Shown here one piece after another: positions 1-9,693 of a stretch of DNA of 55,702 bases. A program made the position numbers and the translations under genes. The notes under the pieces were generated by a model. It was given only the letters and a program-made list of their open reading frames with translations, did not search any database and was not told the origin of the DNA. Source of the DNA: Candidatus Bipolaricaulia bacterium (GTDB taxonomy: Bacteria; Bipolaricaulota; Bipolaricaulia; JBHIAT01); the NCBI GenBank assembly GCA_046758705.1, contig JBHIAT010000003.1, forward strand, positions 1 to 55,702. Direction: 5' to 3'. Position 1 is the stretch's first letter. Each line of letters begins with the position of its first letter.

Positions 1-671
1 GAGTAGATCGCATTCTCAAGCATCAGCACCCGGTCACCGACTCCGATCCCGATCGCCCCGCCGCTTCCTCCCTCACCGATCACCGTCACGATGATCGGCA
101 CCCTGATTGTGAACATCTCATAGATGTTGATCGCCAATGCCCCCCCGATATTCCGTTCCTCAGCCCCGGCCCCCGGATATGCCCCCGGCGTATCGATAAA
201 GCTGAACACCGGAAAGCCGAACCGCTCGGCAAGCTTCAGGATCCGCAACACCTTACGGTAACCTTCGGGATGGGCCATACCAAAGTTGCGCCGTTGGTTC
301 TCCTGGGTCGTCCGTCCCTTTTGATGGCCGACCACCACCACCGTCTGTCCCTGAAACCGAGCCATCCCCCCGATGATCGCCCGGTCCTCTCCGTAGAGTC
401 GATCGCCGCGCAACTCGTAGAAGTCATCCGTGATCGCGTCGATGTAGTCGCGGGTATAGGGTCGCTTCGGGTGCCGGGCGAGCTTCACCCGCGCCCAATC
501 GTCGTCGCTGCCCGAGCCCGACTCTCGCACCTGGGGCTTTTCCCTCCTCATCTGCTTCAGCTTCGCCTCAAGCCGCACGATCTCATCGGAGAGATCGATA
601 TCCGACTCCGAGGACAGAGACTTGAGCTCCTCGATCCGCTCCTCCAGTTGTTCAATTGCTTTCTGCGCCAT
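1..671 (-). CDS. accA: acetyl-CoA carboxylase carboxyltransferase subunit alpha, truncated by window edge
   Basis: Not in the ORF track because it runs off the window. My reverse-strand translation from ATG at 671 gives MAQKAIEQLEERIEEL...ARHPKRPYTRDYIDAI...GGMARFQGQTVVVVGHQKGR...NFGMAHPEGYRKVLRILKLAERFGFPVFSFIDTPGAYPGAGAEERN, the canonical AccA pattern. The start overlaps the accD stop by 20 nt. Confidence 0.85.
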   Translation of the reverse strand, partial: MAQKAIEQLEERIEELKSLSSESDIDLSDEIVRLEAKLKQMRREKPQVRESGSGSDDDWARVKLARHPKRPYTRDYIDAITDDFYELRGDRLYGEDRAIIGGMARFQGQTVVVVGHQKGRTTQENQRRNFGMAHPEGYRKVLRILKLAERFGFPVFSFIDTPGAYPGAGAEERNIGGALAINIYEMFTIRVPIIVTVIGEGGSGGAIGIGVGDRVLMLENAIY

Positions 672-1533
672 CGGTAACGCTCCCGTTAAAGAAACTCAGC
701 ACCCGAGCGATCTCGCCACGCATCTCCTCGCGCCGAACCACCACATCGACGATCCCATGCTCCAAAGCAAATTGATCGGTTTGAAAATCCGAGGACAGCT
801 TCTCGCCAATTGTCCCTTCGATCACCCGTTGACCGGTGAACCCGATCAGCGCCCCCTTCTCGGCAATCGTCACATCCCCAAGACTGGCGATGCTCGCTTC
901 GACTCCAGCGGTGGTTGGGTAGGTCAAAATTGAGATGAACGGGACCGTCGCCATCTCCAAGAGCTTTCGCGCACCAGTTGTCTTCGCCATCTGCATCAGC
1001 GATAGAATCCCCTCCTGCATTCGGGCACCACCGGTCGAGGAGATGAGGATGAACGGTCGACGCTCTTCTGCAGCACACCGAATCCCGTAGCTGATCTGCT
1101 CGCCCATAACCGATCCCATGCTGCCGCCGATGTAACGGAAGTCCATCACCGCCAAGACCACCGGATATCCCTTGATTCGGGCGCTGCCCACGATGATCGC
1201 ATTGGTCAGCCCGGTTGCCTCTTGACTCTTCGCGATTCGATCCAGGTAGGACTGGCGATCGACAAACCCCAGAGGGTCGCTGGCGACGATCGGCTTGGAA
1301 ATGTCCTCGAACGAACGCTCGTCAACCAAAGATTGAATCCGCTCCGGAGCGGTGAGGAAGAAGTACTCCCCACAGTTGGGACAGACGTTGTTGTTCTCGC
1401 GAACTTTCTTCTTGTAAACAAGCTTTCCGCACGACTTGCACTTCAACCACAGGCCCTCATCCTTCTCCTTATCCTGACGGGTCTGCTCCATCCGATCAAG
1501 GTCAACCTTGAAGTACTTCTTCAAAATCGCCAT
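652..1533 (-). CDS. accD: acetyl-CoA carboxylase carboxyltransferase subunit beta
   Basis: 293 aa. N-terminal Zn ribbon CKSCGKLVY...CPNCG followed by the carboxyltransferase core (GGSMGSV, GGARMQEG). Sits directly upstream of accA. Confidence 0.9.
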   Translation of the reverse strand: MAILKKYFKVDLDRMEQTRQDKEKDEGLWLKCKSCGKLVYKKKVRENNNVCPNCGEYFFLTAPERIQSLVDERSFEDISKPIVASDPLGFVDRQSYLDRIAKSQEATGLTNAIIVGSARIKGYPVVLAVMDFRYIGGSMGSVMGEQISYGIRCAAEERRPFILISSTGGARMQEGILSLMQMAKTTGARKLLEMATVPFISILTYPTTAGVEASIASLGDVTIAEKGALIGFTGQRVIEGTIGEKLSSDFQTDQFALEHGIVDVVVRREEMRGEIARVLSFFNGSVTDGAESN

Positions 1534-1588
1534 TTCCTACCCCCTGCACTCTCGTCTGCTCTTTCGTATCGATCCTTCAACATCATTA

Positions 1589-2377
1589 TCATTCTATCTC
1601 TCGAGATCGGGACTCTGTCCTATTGCGGAACCAGCCCCATCGCTCCTTCTGCTTTCCCTTGCCTTCCTTACGCACCTGTGCCTGCCCATCCTCTATCTCC
1701 ACCAGCCGTCGGGGGATGGCCACCCCTCCAGACAGGACCAGCCGCATCGCCTCTTCCACACTGATATCCAGATAGATAATATCCTTCTCCGGGATGATCA
1801 ATACCCAGCCGGACAACGGGTTAGGGGCGGTGGGAGCGAATACCGCCACAGACCGTTCCCCCACCGCATTGTTCAGAGCACCCAACTCCTCGCTGGTCAG
1901 CAGACCCAACGTATAGCATCCCCGCCTCGGATACTCGAACAGCACCGCCTTTTTGAACGCCGAAATATCTCGGTCCAGCAGCGCGTTGGTCAGTTGCTTG
2001 GTCAGCGAGTAGAGCTTGTTGACGAGCGGGGTCGTCTCGATGATCCAGTCAAAGAGCTCATTGAGCTTCCTGCCCAGGTAATTTCGGGTCAACAGTCCGA
2101 TAAACATGATGATGATGAGGGCACCCAGGAGACCGATCCACGGGATCCAGACCTCCGGGATCCAGGCCAAGTTCGTCCGCAACGTCCGGCCGAGGTAGGT
2201 GTCCGGCCCGACGATGTTGTTGACGAACCTGTAGATGAACCACAGGATGTAAAGGGTGATCGCGATCGGCAGGATCACCAGCAACCCGCGGATGAAGATA
2301 TTACGGATCCTGATCAAAAAATCCTTTAGCACAACGACCCCTCGGCTTAATATACCAGACTTCCTCAGACCCGTCAA
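1589..2377 (-). CDS. DUF502 family membrane protein
   Basis: 262 aa. Two N-terminal hydrophobic helices (GLLVILPIAITLYILWFIY, WIGLLGALIIIMFIGLL) and an overall pattern typical of DUF502. The start codon is uncertain. Confidence 0.6.
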   Translation of the reverse strand: MTGLRKSGILSRGVVVLKDFLIRIRNIFIRGLLVILPIAITLYILWFIYRFVNNIVGPDTYLGRTLRTNLAWIPEVWIPWIGLLGALIIIMFIGLLTRNYLGRKLNELFDWIIETTPLVNKLYSLTKQLTNALLDRDISAFKKAVLFEYPRRGCYTLGLLTSEELGALNNAVGERSVAVFAPTAPNPLSGWVLIIPEKDIIYLDISVEEAMRLVLSGGVAIPRRLVEIEDGQAQVRKEGKGKQKERWGWFRNRTESRSREIE

Positions 2378-2415
2378 TAATCACTCCCGGATCTGTTAAC
2401 AGGAACTGAGCAACA

Positions 2416-2444
2416 TTGACAGACCGTGTTTTCAAATGTATCCT
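2416..2444 (+). promoter_or_regulatory. candidate sigma70-type promoter upstream of PfkB kinase gene
   Basis: TTGACA (2416-2421), 17-nt spacer, TATCCT (2439-2444), about 45 nt upstream of the ATG at 2488. Confidence 0.3.
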
Positions 2445-2487
2445 GGCAAAAAGACAAAAAGAGATGCCTCAAAACAGATTATAGACC

Positions 2488-3375
2488 ATGAACTCCCAGA
2501 AGGTGAACAAGGTAGATATTGTGCTCATCGGTCATTTTGCCAAGGATAAGTTGGTCTTTCGCGACCAGCAGGAGCTTTCCTCAGGTGGCGCGATCTATTA
2601 TGGTTCCATCGCCCTGCGGCGGATCGGCCTTCATGCAGCTGTTATCACCCGTCTCAAGCAGGAGGATTTCACCCGATTGGAGGAACTGGAGCAGGAGGGG
2701 GTTTTGGTCTTCGCTCAGCCGGCGGAACAGACCTCCGGCATGGAGAACATCTACTTCACCGAGGACATGGACCGACGGATCTGTAAACCCCTAGGCTTTG
2801 CAGGTCCTTTCCGCTTGGAGGAGATACCCGAGATCGAGGCTAAGATCTTTCTCGTTGGTCCTCTCATGGTGGGAGAGGTCGATATCCCCCTGATCCAGGC
2901 CCTCGCGAGCCGAGGGACTGTGGCCCTAGATGCTCAAGGATTCGTCAGGTTCAAACAGGGAGACGACATCGTTTTTAAGGATTGGCAAGGCAAGGAACAG
3001 GGGCTCTCGTATGCGGATTTCCTCAAGGTGGACAGCGCAGAATCTGAGGTGCTGACCGGCCACCAAGATATCAGGAAGGCTGCCAAAGCGCTATCGGATT
3101 ATGGACCCCAAGAGATCGTCCTGACCCACGCTAAAGGCGTCCTGGTCTACGCGGATGGGAAATACTTTGAGGCACCCTTTAGACCGAAGACGATGAAGGG
3201 CCGGACCGGAAGAGGAGACACCTGTTTTTCCACCTATCTGGGTAAGCGGTTAACCTCCCCCCCAGATGAAGCCTGCAGGTTTGCCGCTGCGCTCACCTCC
3301 CTGAAGCTGGAGCGACCTGGGCCGTTTAGGGGCTCTTTGGATGAGGTAGAGCGGTTGCTGGCGAGCGCCTTTTGA
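2488..3375 (+). CDS. PfkB family carbohydrate kinase
   Basis: 295 aa. Ribokinase-like layout with N-terminal GHFAKD..SGGAIYYG and a C-terminal GRGDTCFSTYL anion-hole-like motif. Confidence 0.7.
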   Translation: MNSQKVNKVDIVLIGHFAKDKLVFRDQQELSSGGAIYYGSIALRRIGLHAAVITRLKQEDFTRLEELEQEGVLVFAQPAEQTSGMENIYFTEDMDRRICKPLGFAGPFRLEEIPEIEAKIFLVGPLMVGEVDIPLIQALASRGTVALDAQGFVRFKQGDDIVFKDWQGKEQGLSYADFLKVDSAESEVLTGHQDIRKAAKALSDYGPQEIVLTHAKGVLVYADGKYFEAPFRPKTMKGRTGRGDTCFSTYLGKRLTSPPDEACRFAAALTSLKLERPGPFRGSLDEVERLLASAF

Positions 3376-3421
3376 GGACAAGGGACTAAATAGACCGAAT
3401 TGGGGTTGAAGGAGGCACGCC

Positions 3422-4438
3422 ATGATGAAGCTGGGAATCATTGGAGCAGGACGGATCGGACGGGTCCATGCCGAAAATCTCTCGCTTCGTCTCCCCGAGG
3501 CTGAGGTGCTGGCCGTCTCCGATATCATCCGAGACGCGGCCGAACGGTGTGCCGCTGACTTTCGCATCCCTCAGGCCTTCGAGGATCACCACCCGATTTT
3601 AGAGGACGCTCAGATTGAGGCGGTCATTATCTGCTCGAGCACAGATACCCACGCCCGGTTCATCGAAGAGGCGGCCATGGCCGGGAAGCATGTCTTCTGC
3701 GAGAAGCCGATTGCCCTGAGTCTGGAGGAGATCGACCGGGCGCTGGCGGCGGTCGACCAGGCCGGGGTCAAGCTTCAGATCGGCTTCCAGCGGCGGTTCG
3801 ATCCCAGCTTCCGCCGCGCCCGCGAGCTGATCGCCGAGGGGAAGATCGGAGAGCCCCATCTGCTGCGGATCACCAGCCGCGACCCCAAGCCACCGCCACT
3901 CGATTATATCAAGATCTCGGGTGGGATCTTCGTGGATATGACCATCCACGACTTCGACATGGCCCGCTTCCTCCTTCAGGACGAAGTCGAGGAAATCTAC
4001 ACCTTCGCCAACACCCTGATCGACCCGAAGATCGGTGAGGTGGGGGACTGGGATACGGCGATCACGACGTTGCGCTTCCGAAGCGGAGCGCTGGGAGTGA
4101 TCGATAACTCCCGTCGGGCGACGTATGGCTACGATCAACGAGTCGAGGTCTTCGGCTCCCGGGGAGTGGTGGCTGCGGCCAATCGAACGTCCGACGCCAC
4201 CTCGATCAGCGATGCGGCAGGGATACACGACCCTCTGCCGCTCTACTTCTTCATAGAACGCTATACCGACGCCTATTTGGAGGAGATGCGCGCCTTTTTA
4301 AGCGCCGTAAACGAGGACCGTGAGCCGGCAGTGACCGGCTGGGATGGCCGTGTTCCCGTGGTGATGGCCTACGCAGCCAAACGATCCGTTACCAAGCGGC
4401 GGCCGGTCCGCCTGACGGAGATCAGCCCGGAAACTTAA
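3422..4438 (+). CDS. Gfo/Idh/MocA family oxidoreductase (inositol 2-dehydrogenase-like)
   Basis: 338 aa. N-terminal Rossmann motif KLGIIGAGRIGRVHAENL and the EKP motif (FCEKPIALS) typical of the family. Confidence 0.8.
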   Translation: MMKLGIIGAGRIGRVHAENLSLRLPEAEVLAVSDIIRDAAERCAADFRIPQAFEDHHPILEDAQIEAVIICSSTDTHARFIEEAAMAGKHVFCEKPIALSLEEIDRALAAVDQAGVKLQIGFQRRFDPSFRRARELIAEGKIGEPHLLRITSRDPKPPPLDYIKISGGIFVDMTIHDFDMARFLLQDEVEEIYTFANTLIDPKIGEVGDWDTAITTLRFRSGALGVIDNSRRATYGYDQRVEVFGSRGVVAAANRTSDATSISDAAGIHDPLPLYFFIERYTDAYLEEMRAFLSAVNEDREPAVTGWDGRVPVVMAYAAKRSVTKRRPVRLTEISPET

Positions 4439-4490
4439 ACGAAGTCGTCGAGGCAATATAGAGATTCCCAAAGGAGGTCACGTAACAGAG

Positions 4491-7400
4491 ATGTCCAAGC
4501 CAAAGATTCAAGCTCAGTGGTTGTTGCTCATGACGCTGTTGGTCACGCTGTTCATGCCGACGATCGGTCACAGCACGCTAGCGACAGATGAAGTCCCCGA
4601 GATTTTGATCGAGGTGGAGAACCCACCAGGCTCCGGTAATTTCGAACCTCTAGCGTCATCGATCATCCCTACTATTACTCCTAACATCAGGATTACCCTA
4701 TCTCAGGATGTTCTCGGTATCCCGCAGATTAACCTGCTCAGTACAGACCCGAACATCCCTTTACAGGATATCACGACTCTCTTTGAGGATTTAGCGACAA
4801 ATCGCGTTGGTACAGCACTGGTTAGCGTCAGCATCGGGAACAATACCATTCAGGCCATATCGGGTTCTGGCGATGTCGTCACAGTTGAGTTAGCTACAAT
4901 GCTTAACTTTGACGACACAGTGATATCTATCGGCCCTCATGAAATTCTGCCGCTTGTGCCTGACCCTAATGCTGGTACCTTGGTTGAGCAGGATACAGTC
5001 ATCATCATCTTCCGCCACGGGACCGGGGTTGTCGAGATGTCTCAAGTGCTACGTGAACAGCATCTTATCCCCGTAGGTTTCAACTTTGTTACTGATAGTG
5101 CGCGGGCGCGTATCACCGACGGCCGACTGCCATCGGTCGTAGCTCAGGCGCTCAGATCCAATCCGCTCGTCCAAGATGCATCCCCAAACTTTGCGGTTCA
5201 ACTGCCGGACGCGGTGGGAGAGCGAATGCCAAATCGCCTGCGCAATAGTTACCGTGAGAACGCCGGGCCGAACTGTACGGCCGGCGGCACCGATCTGCAC
5301 GGGTGCTTCGATCATGCCGGGCCGGATAGCACCAATGAACTGCGCATCTTCCGTCACCACTTCCTCATGGACACCTTCGCAGGCCACCGACTCGTCGATC
5401 GGATTGTCGGCGCGAACCCCGCTGTACGTGTTGCCATTGCTGATGTGGACAGCGGGGTTGGCAATGGAACCAATACAACAGATATTCCGATCGGCACTAC
5501 TGGTCTTTACGGGTTTTCCCGAGCTCCGTTCACATGGAACAACGTGGGGAACCAGATCGGTGCGGGTGCTTTGGGAATCGCCAATGTCAACGACACGAGC
5601 GCGGGTGGGCATGGGACGCAGGTGGTAGCAGCGGCCGCGGAACGGGGCACGCAGGTACTAGGGACCGGCAGACACCTGCGCGTCCGACCCATCCGATACA
5701 CCGCTCCCCCAGGAGGTGCTGGCGGCACTTGGCAAGATGCAGCAGATGGCATCGTCGGCGCTTGCCGAGACCCTAACGTGGTCGTCGTTATTATGGAAAT
5801 TTGGAATGCACTGACTAGCTATGCAAATCTAGCCGCGTATAACAATGATGCCCCTCGTATTCGAGGTATTTTACAACCGGCGATCAATTTTTGCCGCAAT
5901 CCGTTCATAGACACCGGCCGCGACGGGAATCCTACGACGCCAGACGCAGACGGATCTCAAGGGGACGGCATGTACCAAGTCGGTGAACCGTTCTCCGATA
6001 CGGATAGCGACGGTCGCTTCAACCCAACTCGCGATGGGAAAATTCTGGCTGCTCCTATGGGAAATGATGGGCGGAATTTGGGTGCGTCGCAGATGCCCAG
6101 TGCCTTCGTCCCTGTAGGCGTCCGCCAGCCGGCCAACCTTTATGTCTTTGGGGTTTCTTCAACAGAAACTGTGAATTCTGTCCGAGAACCAGAACGTCTT
6201 GCGGGTTCTAGTAACTTTGGGTCACGAGTCTCGGTCGCGGCCATGGGTGGGGGAATCATTCTGCCAAATCCTGCTGGCAATTTAACAGCTATCAGCGGCA
6301 CGTCCTTCTCTACGCCTCTCGCTTCCGGCCTCGTCGGGGAGATGATCTTCCTGGACCGTAATCTGGCACGAGCTCCCCTTCTAAATCCACTTCAAATCAT
6401 CGAAATAATGGGGGCAACAGCCGATGATTACGGGTCCAGCATCGCTGCCAACAATACGAACAAGCCCAATGACAGACCCGGTAATGGGCGCGATGATGCT
6501 TTTGGCCATGGGCGCATTAACGTCTGGAAGGCAATCCTATCTGTAGTCAACCGCGGCATAGCCGCGGAAAGTCATCGAGCCGGCAGCCGCTCACCTTCAA
6601 CCAACTTTCCCAGTTTGGCTACCATCACCGATGCCAATACCCAGTGGTACGGTTTTAAGATCCACAGCCCGGTGCTCAACGCTACCGTGTGGCTCGACGG
6701 CGTGCAGCTTACCGACGGAGGCTCCACCGCACCCCCCGGAGGTGGCATCATCACCGCCTATGCCGGCGTGCGTTCCGACCGTGCGATCCTTCTCGGCATC
6801 GATGACGATAATGACGGCACACTGGATGAAGACCCCACCAGCAGCATTATACCCGTCGGCAACAGCGGCGGGGAATACATCATAACCTTCAGCATAGAGC
6901 GAAGCGATCTCGTCGATGCGGACGGTGAGCTGAAGACCCTGAGCCTGCGCAGACCGGGTCAAGGCGTCGATGATGCCCCATTTTCCAATCTGAGACTGGA
7001 TCTCCAGAAGATGCGGGATGGCTCGATACCGGGCGTCGTCTTCGACGACTTTGTCTTCGAGATCACCCCGACGGACTTTGGAGATGCGAATAAACAGGGC
7101 TATCCCACCCCGTTATCAGCGGATGGCGCCCGTCATCTCAACACGAACCTGGAATGGTTGGGCCAGCCGGATCGGCCGAACGTGGATTCGGTCAGCCCAG
7201 AGCAGGATGCCGGCGACGGCCCCACGGTGCAGGTGTCCGATCCCGACGGGGTCAACAACATTCACCCCAACGTTCAGGCGGTCGATCCCCACGACGATCT
7301 GGACCGCTTCGATGACGGGGTCGTCTTATTCCCCCTGACCTACAAGCCAGGGGAGCAAGGGAAGGTCGAGTTCACCGTCTGTGTGGCCGACCCCGGCAGC

Positions 7401-9650
7401 GGCCGCTACAGCGATGATCCGGACCGCTCGCTATACGTCAACGGTTGGATCGATTGGAACACCAACGGAACCTGGGAGATAAGAAGCAACGAACACGTCG
7501 TGAATGGCGTGCAAATCAATCCGGCTTTCACCGTTGCGGGTCGCTGGAGAGAGATAGTCGCCGCGGGCGCTCAACCCCAAACGACTCGCAGGAGCGTCTC
7601 CCCTTCAGGCCGATGCGCCACTTTTGAGGCGGAGTTTCCTGTGCCACAGCAGATCGGCGACAGAGAGCTCTGGACCCGCTTCCGCGTCGATTACGGTGAG
7701 AACGCGGGCCGAAACGATCCGCGGCCGCTCTTCCAGTCCGATCGCTCTCTCACTGGAACGACCGTCACGTTAGCCAATGCAGCGACTCGCTTTGGTGAGG
7801 TCGAAGACTATCTCATCGGCAGCGACTTTGGCGATGCACCGGATCCTTATGAGACCACACCGGGTGCGTATCCAACGCGTAAAGGTTCTGATGGTGCTCG
7901 CCATCTGGACATGACTCGCGAATGGCTCGGCAAACCCGGAACCGACGCCTCGGTCACGCGCGAGACGGACGGCTGCGACACGACACAGGCCGAACAGGAT
8001 CGAATCCCCAACCTCGGAGGAGGCTGTGAATCCGCAGACATGGATCTCAAGGATGATGGCGCGGCCGTGCCGGCCTTCGTTCAACCGGATCAAGTGGTGA
8101 ACATCGAGATCGACGTGTCGGCAAAGATCGATGCCTTCGGCTACACCAATCGAGGCCCCGGAGGCGAGAACTCCGCGGGCGTGCAGACCCTCAAGTCGAA
8201 CTGTCAGCTCGGACCCATTCCCGACATGGACGACACACCGATGCAGCACCGTGACCGAGGCCGTTATGCCGCCTGGGATCCCACACGACGCCTGTACTTG
8301 AACGTGTGGGCAGATTGGAACGCCAATGGTGCTTGGGAGGACGGTGAATTGGTGATCAGCGGCCCGCTCGATCCGGAAGATTGGGGCGCAGACGGCGACT
8401 ACACGCTCGGCGAGCCTTTCACCGACAACGATAGAAACAGAGTGAGGACGGCAGGTGAGGCGTTCACCGACGTGGCCGGAACCGCCACCCGCCACCTCTC
8501 CTGCCCGGTGAAGATCCCGGCCGAGGTGGCCATGGGGAAGACGTACTACTGGCGCTTCCGGCTCGACCACGGCGAAAACGCAAGGACCAACAACAACGTG
8601 ATCCACCACGCCACTGAGGACGGTCGGGCGCTGAACCAGACACGCGGCGGGGCGCTTTGGGGCGAGGTGGAGGACTATCCGCAGCGGGCCGGTGAGGTGG
8701 ACGAGTTCCCGCTCACCACGGCGGAGGTGACCATAGAAGGCCCGTTTGGCGCAACAAAGGTGAGGCTTTCCGGACCAACAAAGATCTTTGTTGACATCGG
8801 CAATGTCGCGGACACGGACGGGGATGGCCGCGAACAGGTCCAGGCGGAGATGATCGAGTTGAACCTTACTGGATCCAGCCCTGTTGGGCCGGTCACTGTC
8901 AGGCTCCGTGATTCGGACAAACACCCGTTCCAACGGTCGCTGGGGGAGATCGAGGAGACCACCAACAATACGCCGGGGGTGCTGGACGTCCCGCCCTTCA
9001 CTGAAACCGGCACGGCGGATAGCTTCTTCGACATATACTTTGAGGTCGAAGTGCTTGGACAGATCCTCCACAGCGACGAACCGAAGCGGATGGAATCGAC
9101 CATCACCCATAAGCCACCCAGGGAACCGTACCAAAGTCCCGACGTGATCGTGCTCTTCGACGAGAATGAGAATCGAACCCGGTTCAGGATCGGAGGAGCG
9201 ACCCACGTCCCAATTCCTGAGGAAGAGGAAGAAAAGCGAATCCAGCTCGGCGGAGGAATTACGTTAGAATTACAATTAGGCTTCCCTGAAGCATTCCCGT
9301 TTGCCACCGTAATCGGCGAGTTCCCCACCAGCTCGGACCTGGCGCTACGAACCAGTCTGAGTGTAGGAGGAGGCTTGAGTATCCTGCTCGATGCGGGCTT
9401 GAAATCCTACCTCGGATCGACAGGAAACACGATGCTCTACCTCGAAGGCGGGGCCGGATTGTCCATGTTCATCGCCCCAGGGTCCACCTTCACGCAGCCC
9501 ACCGTCCACGGGACCGTCGGCTTCAGCCGTGATCTGGACAGCCTCCTGGGACGCAAATCCAGCCTGTTCGTCGAGGCCAGGCTCATGCTCTTCCTCCGCA
9601 CGGAGGGAACTTCCCTGATGATCACCGGGGGGATACTTGTCGACCCCTGA
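4491..9650 (+). CDS. giant secreted subtilisin-like (S8) serine protease with GEVED-type domains and a C-terminal anchor-like segment
   Basis: 1719 aa. Signal-peptide-like N-terminus (LLLMTLLVTLFMPTIGHSTLA). S8 triad motifs VDSGVGNG, GHGTQVVAAAA and SGTSFSTPLASG. Two repeated modules (DFGDA..YPT..DGARHL..EWLG) each ending in GEVEDY. Acidic linker EEEEEK, then a Gly/Ser/Leu-rich terminal segment of about 140 aa. Confidence 0.8.
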   Translation: MSKPKIQAQWLLLMTLLVTLFMPTIGHSTLATDEVPEILIEVENPPGSGNFEPLASSIIPTITPNIRITLSQDVLGIPQINLLSTDPNIPLQDITTLFEDLATNRVGTALVSVSIGNNTIQAISGSGDVVTVELATMLNFDDTVISIGPHEILPLVPDPNAGTLVEQDTVIIIFRHGTGVVEMSQVLREQHLIPVGFNFVTDSARARITDGRLPSVVAQALRSNPLVQDASPNFAVQLPDAVGERMPNRLRNSYRENAGPNCTAGGTDLHGCFDHAGPDSTNELRIFRHHFLMDTFAGHRLVDRIVGANPAVRVAIADVDSGVGNGTNTTDIPIGTTGLYGFSRAPFTWNNVGNQIGAGALGIANVNDTSAGGHGTQVVAAAAERGTQVLGTGRHLRVRPIRYTAPPGGAGGTWQDAADGIVGACRDPNVVVVIMEIWNALTSYANLAAYNNDAPRIRGILQPAINFCRNPFIDTGRDGNPTTPDADGSQGDGMYQVGEPFSDTDSDGRFNPTRDGKILAAPMGNDGRNLGASQMPSAFVPVGVRQPANLYVFGVSSTETVNSVREPERLAGSSNFGSRVSVAAMGGGIILPNPAGNLTAISGTSFSTPLASGLVGEMIFLDRNLARAPLLNPLQIIEIMGATADDYGSSIAANNTNKPNDRPGNGRDDAFGHGRINVWKAILSVVNRGIAAESHRAGSRSPSTNFPSLATITDANTQWYGFKIHSPVLNATVWLDGVQLTDGGSTAPPGGGIITAYAGVRSDRAILLGIDDDNDGTLDEDPTSSIIPVGNSGGEYIITFSIERSDLVDADGELKTLSLRRPGQGVDDAPFSNLRLDLQKMRDGSIPGVVFDDFVFEITPTDFGDANKQGYPTPLSADGARHLNTNLEWLGQPDRPNVDSVSPEQDAGDGPTVQVSDPDGVNNIHPNVQAVDPHDDLDRFDDGVVLFPLTYKPGEQGKVEFTVCVADPGSGRYSDDPDRSLYVNGWIDWNTNGTWEIRSNEHVVNGVQINPAFTVAGRWREIVAAGAQPQTTRRSVSPSGRCATFEAEFPVPQQIGDRELWTRFRVDYGENAGRNDPRPLFQSDRSLTGTTVTLANAATRFGEVEDYLIGSDFGDAPDPYETTPGAYPTRKGSDGARHLDMTREWLGKPGTDASVTRETDGCDTTQAEQDRIPNLGGGCESADMDLKDDGAAVPAFVQPDQVVNIEIDVSAKIDAFGYTNRGPGGENSAGVQTLKSNCQLGPIPDMDDTPMQHRDRGRYAAWDPTRRLYLNVWADWNANGAWEDGELVISGPLDPEDWGADGDYTLGEPFTDNDRNRVRTAGEAFTDVAGTATRHLSCPVKIPAEVAMGKTYYWRFRLDHGENARTNNNVIHHATEDGRALNQTRGGALWGEVEDYPQRAGEVDEFPLTTAEVTIEGPFGATKVRLSGPTKIFVDIGNVADTDGDGREQVQAEMIELNLTGSSPVGPVTVRLRDSDKHPFQRSLGEIEETTNNTPGVLDVPPFTETGTADSFFDIYFEVEVLGQILHSDEPKRMESTITHKPPREPYQSPDVIVLFDENENRTRFRIGGATHVPIPEEEEEKRIQLGGGITLELQLGFPEAFPFATVIGEFPTSSDLALRTSLSVGGGLSILLDAGLKSYLGSTGNTMLYLEGGAGLSMFIAPGSTFTQPTVHGTVGFSRDLDSLLGRKSSLFVEARLMLFLRTEGTSLMITGGILVDP

Positions 9651-9693
9651 CCCCTGACAACGATGGCGATTACGGGCCGGAGAGGAGAGAAGT

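Noticed and set aside
7770-9206. 478-aa antisense ORF inside the S8 protease gene, with similar long antisense or off-frame ORFs at 1508..2329 +, 11161..12330 +, 18903..19874 +, 23085..24083 +, 24630..25451 +, 47236..47724 -, 47870..48439 - and 48300..48917 -
   Set aside because: These are typical shadow ORFs of GC-rich DNA. They have Arg/Pro/Gly-rich low-complexity translations and no motifs, and each fully overlaps a gene with clear family signatures on the other strand or frame.
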